DNA of 64,000 nt from an uncultured Selenomonadaceae bacterium (GTDB taxonomy: Bacteria; Bacillota; Negativicutes; Selenomonadales; Selenomonadaceae): NCBI GenBank assembly GCA_905235685.1, contig CAJOMO010000010.1, positions 247 through 64,246 on the forward strand. The letters are read 5' to 3'. The position numbers were made by a program, and so were the translations under genes. This document shows positions 55,948 to 64,000 of the stretch, piece after piece; positions within the stretch are counted from its first letter, which is position 1, and the number at the start of each line of letters is the position of its first letter. The notes under the pieces were generated by a model. That model worked only from the letters and a program-made list of their open reading frames with translations, did no database searches and was not told the DNA's origin.

Positions 55948-56099
55948 ATATTTCGCGACAAAATACGGCTCAGCAAAATTAAAGACGTTGATATTTTGTC
56001 AAGGCGCGCTCATTGATATTTGGGGTATTACCTTGCCCCCATTGGCATGTGAAGGTTGCTCCGTTCCCAAAATCGCCACATTCATAAAAAGCCCTCCAA

Positions 56100-56741
56100 T
56101 TATTTCACAGCCCAATTATAACTATCCTGCACGCGGCGGCAAATTTCGGCGAAATCTACCGAGCCGTCAAGGCGAATCGTCATCCAGCTTTTTTTGTTCA
56201 TGTGCCAGCCAGGAAAATATTTCGCGCCGTCAGCCAAATTCACAGCGTCGCCGCGCAGATTTACCACGTCAACAATTTTATCGCTGTCAAGTTTCAATTT
56301 CCGTTCGGGAATATTCATCAAGACGCCGTACCATTTCTGAGTATCTTGACGCCGCCAAATCGCCGTGCTCGGTAAATTTTCCCACAGAAATTCTAATTCG
56401 CCGCCAAAATTTTCACGCACATAATCAATCAGTCGCTTAGTCATTTCGCCGCAAAAAATATTACTGTCACAGCAATTCGCAACGAAATTTTCAATCGCGG
56501 CGTCATATTCTGCGCGAACAGCGCCGACGTAACTGCCCGCCGAATTTTCAACCAAATGCAAAATGTATTCTTCGCCGGAAAAATTATCCGTGACTGCGGT
56601 AAAAATCTTGCCGTCCTGCGCGACCGTGATTTTCAGCGTGAATTGATTATCGCAAATATTTTTTTCATAGCGCCCGTCAACGAAGCCGAAATTTTTCAGC
56701 TTGCCGAAATTGACGGCTCTATTTTTAAGTTTCAGCTCCAT
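56100..56741 (-). CDS. MmcQ/YjbR-family protein with an extra N-terminal domain
   Basis: 213 aa. C-terminus GKYFPGWHMNKKSWMTIRLDGSVDFAEICRRVQDSY is the YjbR signature. Confidence 0.7.
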   Translation of the reverse strand: MELKLKNRAVNFGKLKNFGFVDGRYEKNICDNQFTLKITVAQDGKIFTAVTDNFSGEEYILHLVENSAGSYVGAVRAEYDAAIENFVANCCDSNIFCGEMTKRLIDYVRENFGGELEFLWENLPSTAIWRRQDTQKWYGVLMNIPERKLKLDSDKIVDVVNLRGDAVNLADGAKYFPGWHMNKKSWMTIRLDGSVDFAEICRRVQDSYNWAVK

Positions 56742-57496
56742 TAGAAACTGCCGCCGCCTCCGCCACCGGAGCTTCCGCCGTGTCCGCCGCCGCCCGAACT
56801 TCCACGAGCCGCCGCGCCATTTCCGGAAGATTTTGGTCTGCGCACAACATTTGTAAACAGGTAAATATCGCGATTTGTCAAAAGTTTAACGGTTTCGCGT
56901 TTCAGATAATCCATCGCCGCCTTTTCCGGACGAACATTGCTCATGCCGCTGATAAGCCGCCCGCGAACGACGCCGCCGAAAATAAGTCCGCCAATAACAG
57001 CCGCCACAGCCGCAACAGGATTAAAGCCTCCGTCATAAGCAACGCCATTTTGTTCGTAATAATTCAGCGAAGAATCAACCGCGCCCAGAAATTTATTGCA
57101 CGCGCCGAAATAATCGCCGCTGCTCAAATTGCTGACGAAAACTTTGCCAATACCGGAGACGTTTGGAATGCGCGCGTCCATTTTTGAATCAGTCGAAATG
57201 TACCAGTTGCGCTCGTCCATTACCACCAGCAAAAGAATATCGCCATTTGCCCCGTCGCGCAGATTTTGTTCACGCAAAGTTCGGGCGGCAGTCGAAATTT
57301 CGCGGTTGCCAATCGTCCTCAAAAAATATATGTCAATTCGGATACCGTATTTTCGCTCAAGGCTTGAAATTTCCTGGTTCAAAATTTGAATCTCGGCGTC
57401 GCTAAAAAGATTGGCTTCATCGACAACCGGCGAGGCGAAACTTACAGAATTAATCAGCAGCGTAAAAATAAAAATCGCGCAGAATTTTTTAATCAC
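56741..57496 (-). CDS. TPM-domain (UPF0603, YdjH-like) membrane protein
   Basis: 251 aa. Signal peptide, TPM start PVVDEANLFSDAEIQILNQEISSLERKYGIRIDIYFL, C-terminal TM helix and Gly-rich tail GGGGHGGSSGGGGGGSF. Confidence 0.8.
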   Translation of the reverse strand: MIKKFCAIFIFTLLINSVSFASPVVDEANLFSDAEIQILNQEISSLERKYGIRIDIYFLRTIGNREISTAARTLREQNLRDGANGDILLLVVMDERNWYISTDSKMDARIPNVSGIGKVFVSNLSSGDYFGACNKFLGAVDSSLNYYEQNGVAYDGGFNPVAAVAAVIGGLIFGGVVRGRLISGMSNVRPEKAAMDYLKRETVKLLTNRDIYLFTNVVRRPKSSGNGAAARGSSGGGGHGGSSGGGGGGSF

Positions 57497-57508
57497 AATG
57501 TCACCGCC

Positions 57509-58609
57509 TCATAAAAACGCACTAGCGATAAAATAAAACACGGGCATTGAAACAATCGCCGCAACCGCCGAATATTTAAACGCCTTGCCGCTGTCGTACG
57601 GAAGAGAGCCGACAACTTTGCCGGTCTGCCCATTCATCATAAAAGTATAGGGCTTGTCTTGATAGCGCGTCGTCAAAATCCAAACCGGCACGAGCGCATA
57701 AATGACTTTGCCCACGTCCTTGACAATGGCGGCTTTGGTCATTTCGACTTGGTGAAAATTTTGCACGGAACTTTGGAGCACGGCAAGCGCGCTGTTTTTG
57801 ACGCGTTCGTCGGCGCGAGCAGCGCAACTTTCCGCGGTCACATCGTATTTATCGGCAAGATAGCCCGTCAGATAGGCGGTACTAAACGGTACAAGCTCCG
57901 AATAATTGAAAGGCTCGATACTTTCCATATAGGTATCGTCCATTTTTTTGCTGCCGTCGGCGGGAATTTTTTCAAAACTCATTTTCGCCACGCGCTGACA
58001 GTTATAAACCTGCGTCTCCGTCACAAACATACTGCCGGAATCGTAGCGTTTAATTCTTGAGGCTTTAAATTCGGCCTGCGCGGTGATTGAAGAATCGAAC
58101 AGCCAAAAAGGCACGTACATCGGCTGAATCGCCTCAACGCGGTTATTGGCGGTGAAATTATCGGGCAAAAGCCGGTGTCCTTCGTAAAATTTTTTGAGCG
58201 CGGCAACAGCATCAGCCTTATTTTTTTTGAAAGGAATGACATAATCGGGCTTGAGTTTGCCGTCAAAGCGCTTAGGAATCATCGTGGGGTTGCCGCAGTA
58301 AACGCACTCGGTCGCCATGGTATTTTCGTCGCAAACCAATTCAGCGCCGCAGCTCGAACAAGTAAGCGCCTTCAAAGTCGAAATTTCAGCGGGCAACCAA
58401 TTTTCACCGGCGCCCGCAATGTCCCATTTCGACTGCTGAGCCTCTTCAGCCTTCGCCGCCAATTCGTTTTGCGCGTGAAACATTTCTTCGATAGCGGCAA
58501 CTTCAAATTCAGTTCCGCAGTATTCGCAGGTAACGGTTTTTTTTCCGGCAATGTAACTTAGCGGCGCACCGCAATTCGGGCATTTATAACTAACTGACGT
58601 ATCAGCCAT
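57509..58609 (-). CDS. N-terminal double zinc-ribbon, C-terminally membrane-anchored protein (YdjG-like)
   Basis: 366 aa. YKCPNCGAPL...VTCEYCGTEF and CSSCGAEL...CVYCGNP ribbons. C-terminal TM AVAAIVSMPVFYFIASAFL. Confidence 0.65.
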   Translation of the reverse strand: MADTSVSYKCPNCGAPLSYIAGKKTVTCEYCGTEFEVAAIEEMFHAQNELAAKAEEAQQSKWDIAGAGENWLPAEISTLKALTCSSCGAELVCDENTMATECVYCGNPTMIPKRFDGKLKPDYVIPFKKNKADAVAALKKFYEGHRLLPDNFTANNRVEAIQPMYVPFWLFDSSITAQAEFKASRIKRYDSGSMFVTETQVYNCQRVAKMSFEKIPADGSKKMDDTYMESIEPFNYSELVPFSTAYLTGYLADKYDVTAESCAARADERVKNSALAVLQSSVQNFHQVEMTKAAIVKDVGKVIYALVPVWILTTRYQDKPYTFMMNGQTGKVVGSLPYDSGKAFKYSAVAAIVSMPVFYFIASAFL

Positions 58610-58645
58610 ATAAAAATACCTCCGATAAATTTTCTTACTTCAAAA

Positions 58646-60493
58646 TCAAAAACGGGGGGGGGTACTATAATTTTCGCGCAGAAATTTAAGCGTAGTTTTC
58701 GGAACGAGTTTTTTAATTTTGTCGAAGTCGCCGATTTTCAAAGCCTCACGAACGGATTTAGCGCTGATAACTTCCCCGCCAATTTCGCGGCGCGGTATTT
58801 CGCAAAAATCAATTCCGTAGCGCGGCAAAATATTTCTCATATTGTCGTTGTATTGGCGCGTCACGGTATCTTCGGGCTCTTCGCCGACAAAGCGAATGTT
58901 AATCCCAAGCGTCGGCGCAATTTCGCGGGCGAATATTTCAACGTCTTCTGAAGAATCCACCGCCACGTCTTGAAGTTCAGCCTTATTGAAGTAGCCGGAA
59001 AAAGTTTGCTGCGAAATGATAAATTTGCCGCTGGGAATGACTTCGACGTTAGAAAATTTCTTGACGCCGGCTTCAACCAATTTAAATCGGTCGGCGAAGG
59101 CAAATTCGCTCTTGTCTTCCTCGACAACGAAAATGTACAGCTTTTTAACTTTTTTGGAAGCATATTCAATCAGATATTCATGTCCGAGCGTGAAGGGGTT
59201 GCAATTCATGACGATAGCGCCGATTGGAAGGCGTTTCGCGCGCAATTTCTGTTTGTATTCAGCCAAATCTTTATTTTCGCCGAGATTGATACTGCCGGAA
59301 GAAAATTCTTTAGGGACGCCGTAACGATGGGGCGCGGGCGGCGGCGCTGGATAATTGAAATTCACGCCCTGGAAGAAATTATTTTTCGTGAGGAAGTCGA
59401 AAAATTTTTCTGCCAAAACTTTGTAGCCGAGTTCATTGACGTGCGCGGCGTCGACAAAGACTTCGCCGTAATTGTGCGGACGAATAAACGTGCGGCTGAC
59501 GTCGAACGACGGAATAATTTTTGACATATGATTATCGAAAAACACGAAAACTATATCGCCCGCGCTGAATGGCAAAGTCTCAAGGTTGTAAAGAATATCT
59601 TGGTAGCGGTAGGTAAAAAACTGCGAAACATTTTCCACGCGATATTGAAGGTGATTTTTATTCAACATAGCCTGCAGGTAACTGGGAATAGTTTTGTCGA
59701 AAGGCGCGCCCGTGCCGAAATGCGAACAGCCGCCCATAAAATAAATTCGATTTTTGAAAGTATCGGGCTGATTTGCAACGCGCCGTCTGCCGTTAATTAC
59801 CTGCACGAGCGGCTTGTCGCTGTCTTCAAGTATCGTCGAGCCGTCTGGATTAACTTTCGCCTGTGTCAAATTTAAAATATCGCGCAGTTGCTGATTTGTG
59901 TAACCGAGAAAATCATAGGGCGTCTTTAAAACTTTATCCGGATTTTGATTTAATTCTTCGGTGATTGTGGCGAGGCGTTTTCTGTTTGCAATGATTTGCT
60001 TTTCCCAATCGGTATTGTAGGCGTTCTGCGCGAGGATTGTAAAATTGGTAAGGAAAAGTTTAACTTGCGGATGGCGCTGAAGGAAATTGAGCAGCGGAAT
60101 TTCAACGTAGGTGTGAAGAATAAATTGATTCGTCAAATCCGGCAAATAAATAACCGCGTCGAGATTTGCATTCAAGCGGCGCGCGGACAGGAAAAAAATT
60201 TTGTCATAATCGGCGAGGTTGAGCTCGGCAAATTTTTCAATTTTCATTGCGTCAAAAAGCGTGCCGGGGCTCAATTCAATTTTGCGATTATCGCCGTTGA
60301 TAACGCTGAAAGTTGGCTTGACGGATTTATTGAAGTCGAATTGTACGTAAATATCCCAAAGAAATTGCCACTGATTAGCCTCGATAACAACGAACAGCGG
60401 CTTTTTGATATTGTTGTCGGCGCAAAATTGCGGCATTGTGTAGCCCGCCGTAAAACAATCGCGCAGGTAAATAAAAAGTTGTTCGTCAGTCAT
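58646..60493 (-). CDS. Two-domain enzyme: unknown N-domain (SGNH-like?) + citrate-lyase-ligase (CitC)-like adenylyltransferase domain
   Basis: 615 aa. C-terminal third AIVMNCNPFTLGHEYLIEYASKKVKKLYIFVVEEDKSEFAFADRFKLV...IISQQTFSGYF matches the CitC nucleotidyltransferase core. The N-domain is unassigned (IYFMGGCSHFGTGAP). Confidence 0.65.
   Translation of the reverse strand: MTDEQLFIYLRDCFTAGYTMPQFCADNNIKKPLFVVIEANQWQFLWDIYVQFDFNKSVKPTFSVINGDNRKIELSPGTLFDAMKIEKFAELNLADYDKIFFLSARRLNANLDAVIYLPDLTNQFILHTYVEIPLLNFLQRHPQVKLFLTNFTILAQNAYNTDWEKQIIANRKRLATITEELNQNPDKVLKTPYDFLGYTNQQLRDILNLTQAKVNPDGSTILEDSDKPLVQVINGRRRVANQPDTFKNRIYFMGGCSHFGTGAPFDKTIPSYLQAMLNKNHLQYRVENVSQFFTYRYQDILYNLETLPFSAGDIVFVFFDNHMSKIIPSFDVSRTFIRPHNYGEVFVDAAHVNELGYKVLAEKFFDFLTKNNFFQGVNFNYPAPPPAPHRYGVPKEFSSGSINLGENKDLAEYKQKLRAKRLPIGAIVMNCNPFTLGHEYLIEYASKKVKKLYIFVVEEDKSEFAFADRFKLVEAGVKKFSNVEVIPSGKFIISQQTFSGYFNKAELQDVAVDSSEDVEIFAREIAPTLGINIRFVGEEPEDTVTRQYNDNMRNILPRYGIDFCEIPRREIGGEVISAKSVREALKIGDFDKIKKLVPKTTLKFLRENYSTPPRF
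58654..58662 (-). repeat. Homopolymeric C9 (G9 on the + strand) tract inside the last 6 codons of the 615-aa gene
   Basis: Minus strand: agt acc ccc ccc cgt ttt tga (STPPRF*). Confidence 0.9.
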
Positions 60494-60496
60494 AGT

Positions 60497-61930
60497 TTAA
60501 CCTCTGGGTCTGCCGCACTCCGCGCAAAATCTCCTGCCTTTGTTGACAGTGCCGCAATCGGGGCAAGTCCATTCGTTTGACGCGGGCTGGTTTTTGGGCG
60601 CGCCGCAGTCAGCGCAGAATTTACCGGTATTTCCGCTCTTGCCGCATTTTAAACAAGTCCAGCCGGTTTCAGCTGAAGGTTTAGGTTTTCCGCACTCGGC
60701 GCAGAATTTACCGGTATTTCCGCTGTGACCGCAATTTTCGCACGTCCAACCGGTTTCAGTAGGAGCAACTTTCGGCTTACCGCAATTCGCGCAGAATTTA
60801 CCGGTGTTGCCGGTGTGTCCGCAACTTTCGCATTTCCAACCGGTTTCTTGCGGCGGTGGAGGCGGCGCTTGTTGAGGCTGTTGTTGTTGAAATTGTTGCT
60901 GCTGCATTTGTTGTTGCTGAGAAAGTGCGAAAAGATTATTGGCGTTAATTCCGCCCGCACCTTGAGCCAAATTCATACCCATAAAGCCGATAGCCGCGCC
61001 CGCAGAATTATTTGCCGCGTCCTTCATGGCTTGAGCCTGCGCGCCCGTCAAATGAGCCGCCGCCATTGCCGGATTTCTCAAAGCGCCCGTGCGTTGCATT
61101 TCTTTAATCATGGCAACGTCTTCTTCGTTGGCGCTGACATTTGACACGCCGAAAGATACCACTTGCAAGCCGCGCAATTCGCCCCATTTTTTACTGAGAA
61201 CTTGATTAAGCGCGTCGGCAATTTCCGTCGTGTGTCCAGGCAGCGCACTATAGCGAATACCCATTTCAGAAATTTTCGCGAAGGCAGGCTGCAGCGCCGT
61301 CATCAATTCGGACTTGAGCTGTCTGTCAATTTCTTCGCGGCTGAAAGTATCGCGCACGTTGCCGCAAACATTCGTGTAAAAAAGCACAGGATTGACAATG
61401 CGGTAACTGTACGAGCCGAAACATTTGATAGAAATGTCAATATCCAATCCAATGTTGTTATCGACGACGCGAAACGGAATGGGCGTAGGCGTGCCGTATT
61501 TGTTGCCGGTAATTTCTTTGGTGTTGAAATAATAAATGCGCTGATCTTTGCCGGTATCGCCGCCATATTGGAAACGTTGCCCGATTTGGAAGAAAATTTC
61601 TTGAATGTTAACCGCCAAATTTCCGCCCGAAAAAAGCGAAGGCTCGGTATTTCTGTCGTACTTGTATTCGCCAGGCTCAGCGATATAATCAACAACTTTG
61701 CCGTTTTCCACAACCATCATGCATTGCCCGTTATTGACAGCAACCGTCGAGCCCTGCGTAATGATATTGTCGTCGCCGGCGTTGGAACTGCCGCGCTTAG
61801 TGCGTTTGTGCCCCTTCGCCACCAAAATATCCGAGCTCAAACTGTCGCAGTAAAAATATTCCTTCCACTGATCGCCGAGTACGCTACCCGCCGCCTCAAG
61901 CGCCGCTTTTATAAAACCCATAATTTTCAT
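60497..61930 (-). CDS. SPFH/band-7-like protein of the YdjI type with poly-Q/Pro linker and four C-terminal zinc ribbons
   Basis: 477 aa. The N-terminal ~320 aa resemble the YdjI / 'virion core protein' SPFH family (GDQWKEYFYCDSL..., ITQGSTVAVNNGQCMMVVENGKVV). The C-terminus is described under the repeat feature. Confidence 0.75.
   Translation of the reverse strand: MKIMGFIKAALEAAGSVLGDQWKEYFYCDSLSSDILVAKGHKRTKRGSSNAGDDNIITQGSTVAVNNGQCMMVVENGKVVDYIAEPGEYKYDRNTEPSLFSGGNLAVNIQEIFFQIGQRFQYGGDTGKDQRIYYFNTKEITGNKYGTPTPIPFRVVDNNIGLDIDISIKCFGSYSYRIVNPVLFYTNVCGNVRDTFSREEIDRQLKSELMTALQPAFAKISEMGIRYSALPGHTTEIADALNQVLSKKWGELRGLQVVSFGVSNVSANEEDVAMIKEMQRTGALRNPAMAAAHLTGAQAQAMKDAANNSAGAAIGFMGMNLAQGAGGINANNLFALSQQQQMQQQQFQQQQPQQAPPPPPQETGWKCESCGHTGNTGKFCANCGKPKVAPTETGWTCENCGHSGNTGKFCAECGKPKPSAETGWTCLKCGKSGNTGKFCADCGAPKNQPASNEWTCPDCGTVNKGRRFCAECGRPRG
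60500..60847 (-). repeat. Four tandem zinc-ribbon coding repeats (about 87-93 nt each)
   Basis: ETGWKCESCGHTGNTGKFCANCGKPK / ETGWTCENCGHSGNTGKFCAECGKPK / ETGWTCLKCGKSGNTGKFCADCGAPK / NEWTCPDCGTVNKGRRFCAECGRPRG. Confidence 0.85.
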
Positions 61931-62094
61931 CTCCCAAAATTTGATACTGATTAATTCTTGACGCCGCCTAACTTTCCTGCCCTACAAATACAAATTCGCC
62001 AGCATTTTATAACAGCGCCTGTCTTTGTACGGATTTGTCAGGCTGAAAGTGGCAACGGCTTTTTCCGCAATGAAAAATTCGCCGCACGGTTGAT

Positions 62095-62631
62095 TTATAA
62101 ATTTCTCGCGCAGGGCATATCGCCGACGCTGAAATTTTCGTACCGCACGCCGTTATAATTAAAATCTGCGCGAAATTTTATCTGCCCGTCAAGCAGATTA
62201 GTTTTCACGGAAATATTTTCAATCGGCAAAATCATCAGCGATTTGCGCCGCTTAACCAAATTTAAATTCGACGGCTCAATCCTGCGCGAAGTATCGTAAA
62301 AAATAAAATCGGTGCTGTCGAAGCCACAAAATTTTTCAAAATCCGCCAAAGTCCAGCGCCCAAATTTTTGCCAGGTATCGGCGGCGAAAAAATAATTCTC
62401 CGGCTGAATCTCATTTTCAACGCGCGTATCCTCAAAATCAATCTGCACAATGTCAAGAATCTGCGCCTCGGTGTTATCGGCGTAAGTCAAAGCGGCGACG
62501 GGTACAGCGTCTTGAGTTTCCTCATTACGCGAAATTGGACGAATCCATTTATTTGTGGCAAGTTCAATTCCCGCCACGCAATAATCGCTGTATTTCGCGC
62601 TTTTTGCCAAAATCACGATTAATTTTTTCAC
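62095..62631 (-). CDS. Hypothetical protein (178 aa), unknown family
   Basis: GTG start. VKKLIVILAKSAKYSDYCVAGIELATNKWIRPIS... No motif I can assign. Confidence 0.6.
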   Translation of the reverse strand: MKKLIVILAKSAKYSDYCVAGIELATNKWIRPISRNEETQDAVPVAALTYADNTEAQILDIVQIDFEDTRVENEIQPENYFFAADTWQKFGRWTLADFEKFCGFDSTDFIFYDTSRRIEPSNLNLVKRRKSLMILPIENISVKTNLLDGQIKFRADFNYNGVRYENFSVGDMPCARNL

Positions 62632-62688
62632 AGGTGAACAATCTCCATTTTCAAAACTTTAGCGAACTGTTCAGCCACCAATCGACGA
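62629..62688 (-). repeat. 60-nt duplicate of the DUF488 gene 3' end, abutting the 178-aa gene start
   Basis: Matches 62753-62812 with 2 mismatches. Encodes RRLVAEQFAKVLKMEIVHL* and keeps a GTGA stop/start overlap with the 178-aa gene. Confidence 0.85.
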
Positions 62689-62751
62689 CAAGAAAGTTTT
62701 TTTTTACAGAAAATATTTTTGTTGAATAGAATTTTTGTAAGCGGATATTTC

Positions 62752-63219
62752 TCACAGGTGAACAATCTCCATTTTCAAAACTTCAGCAAACTGTTCAGCC
62801 ACCAATCGACGATGACAATTCACGGGGCTAACTTCCGAACACAGCAGGCAATATCTAACTTCCGGCGAATCCGAATAATTTTGCAAAATGTACGGCACAA
62901 TTCGCCGTTCCCTCATAGTTCGATTGAATTGCTCCTCGTATTCTTCCCAAGTGATTGAATTGCCATGGTAAAGCTTGAAAAGATTTTCCGGCGGCGCGAA
63001 TTTCAAATCGTGGCGATATTCAATGCCGGCGATTCTACGCAGGAAAAATTTTAAATCGGGAATTTTGGCGAAACCGGCAAGGTGACTGCTGTTGAAAAGT
63101 CGAACGTCAACAATTTCAGTGACGCGGTGCAGTTCGAGCAGCTCAAAAAAACTTTCGGCGCTTTTTTTCGTAAAACCGATCGTAAAAATTTTGGCGGGCT
63201 CAACAATTTTTTTCGCCAT
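62752..63219 (-). CDS. DUF488-family protein
   Basis: 155 aa. IFTIGFTKKSAESFFELL, VDVRLFNSS, LLCSEVSPVNCHRRLVAE (conserved C..CHR end). Confidence 0.75.
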   Translation of the reverse strand: MAKKIVEPAKIFTIGFTKKSAESFFELLELHRVTEIVDVRLFNSSHLAGFAKIPDLKFFLRRIAGIEYRHDLKFAPPENLFKLYHGNSITWEEYEEQFNRTMRERRIVPYILQNYSDSPEVRYCLLCSEVSPVNCHRRLVAEQFAEVLKMEIVHL

Positions 63220-63396
63220 ACAAACACCTCGCGCAGTTTTTCCAATTTTACTACGATAAATCCAGCGGCGTCAAATTTCAGCAAAAGTTCATTGAAAATT
63301 TTCTGCCAATTTGAAAGGATATTTTTCCGCAAGGTAGAATAGAAAACTAAACATCAGAAAGCCATTTGCATTTTTAGGATAGGAGCGTGTTCAGAT

Positions 63397-64000
63397 ATGG
63401 CAATTAATACTTCGGGCTTCGGTTCATATGACATTCGCGGAATTTACCCCGACAGCGTGAATCAAGAGCTGGCGTATCGCGTGGGCAGGGTTTTTCCCGA
63501 AATTTTCGACGCCAAAAAAGTTGCCATTGGACACGATATCCGGCTCACCGGTCCAACGCTCAGCGATTCACTTGCACGTGGGCTCACCGAGGCTGGCTGC
63601 GATGTTTACGACATTGGACAGTGCGGCACGGAAATGATTTACTTTGCCACCGGTCATAAATTTTTCGACGGCGGAATTATGGTTACCGCTTCGCACAATC
63701 CCAAAGAATATAACGGTATGAAATTTGTTAAGCGCGGCGTCAAGCCCGTTTCGCCGAAAACCGGTCTGCTGGATATCAAAGCCGCCGTTGCGGACGAAAA
63801 CCGCGATTGGTCTTTCAGAAAAGCTACCGGCAACTTTTACAAAATTGACGTCCTGCACGATTATATTCGCTGTCTGCTGAGCTATGTTGACGTGAAAAAT
63901 TTTAAGCCGCTGAAAATCGTCATAAACACCGGCAACGGTTCAGCCGGTCCGATTATCAACGAAATTGAAAAATTTTTGCCCTTCGAGATTGTCAAACTGA
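63397..64000 (+). CDS. Phosphomannomutase/phosphoglucomutase (alpha-D-phosphohexomutase); 3' end runs off the window
   Basis: My translation from ATG 63397: MAINTSGFGSYDIRGIYPDSVNQELAYRVG...GIMVTASHNPKEYNGMKFV (active-site TASHNP). The frame is open to the window end. Confidence 0.9.
   Translation, partial: MAINTSGFGSYDIRGIYPDSVNQELAYRVGRVFPEIFDAKKVAIGHDIRLTGPTLSDSLARGLTEAGCDVYDIGQCGTEMIYFATGHKFFDGGIMVTASHNPKEYNGMKFVKRGVKPVSPKTGLLDIKAAVADENRDWSFRKATGNFYKIDVLHDYIRCLLSYVDVKNFKPLKIVINTGNGSAGPIINEIEKFLPFEIVKL

Noticed and set aside
55999-56001. Selenocysteine reading of the in-frame TGA in the radical-SAM-like gene
   Set aside because: I could see no convincing SECIS-like hairpin directly downstream. 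The recoded N-terminus would still lack any Cys triad, so Sec would not rescue a radical-SAM function. It is kept only as a minor alternative within the pseudogene finding.

Overview
Dense chromosomal window with about 60 protein genes. I saw no rRNA, tRNA, CRISPR array, transposase or integrase. Firmicute-type genes (glgC-glgD pair, ydjG/H/I-like module, strong GGAGG Shine-Dalgarno (SD) sites, frequent TTG/GTG starts) occur alongside outer-membrane proteins (TolC, autotransporter). This suggests a diderm Firmicute (Negativicutes-like), which is an inference. In order, the window holds: alaR/alaT-like pair; sbcD coupled to an orphan TolC + membrane-fusion-protein pair; DJ-1; an 11-gene minus-strand operon (5954-16112) in which every product carries a signal peptide; a chemoreceptor; SYLF, GNAT and fhs; wecA/tagO-like; the glycogen operon glgC-glgD-glgP-glgB-glgA; a doubly frameshifted glycosyltransferase with a G9 tract; a GH13-GH77 fusion; DUF2225 and a secreted protein; rpmB; sbcC; feoA-feoB plus a Cys-rich/HMA fusion; a carboxyltransferase subunit; metA; two unknowns; a DctP-like binding protein overlapping a GGDEF cyclase; a phosphoesterase/TVP38/degenerate radical-SAM operon; a PspA-less ydjI-X-ydjG-ydjH operon; DUF488 plus an unknown gene; and manB/pgm (partial). 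The best candidate for an undescribed system is the all-exported envelope operon. Other items worth a second look are two G9/C9 homopolymer tracts, G-word/C-word intergenic repeats with a G4 motif, a 23-nt dispersed hairpin, module-shuffled cell-wall hydrolases and several unusual fusions. All family calls rest on motif recognition by eye; no searches were run.
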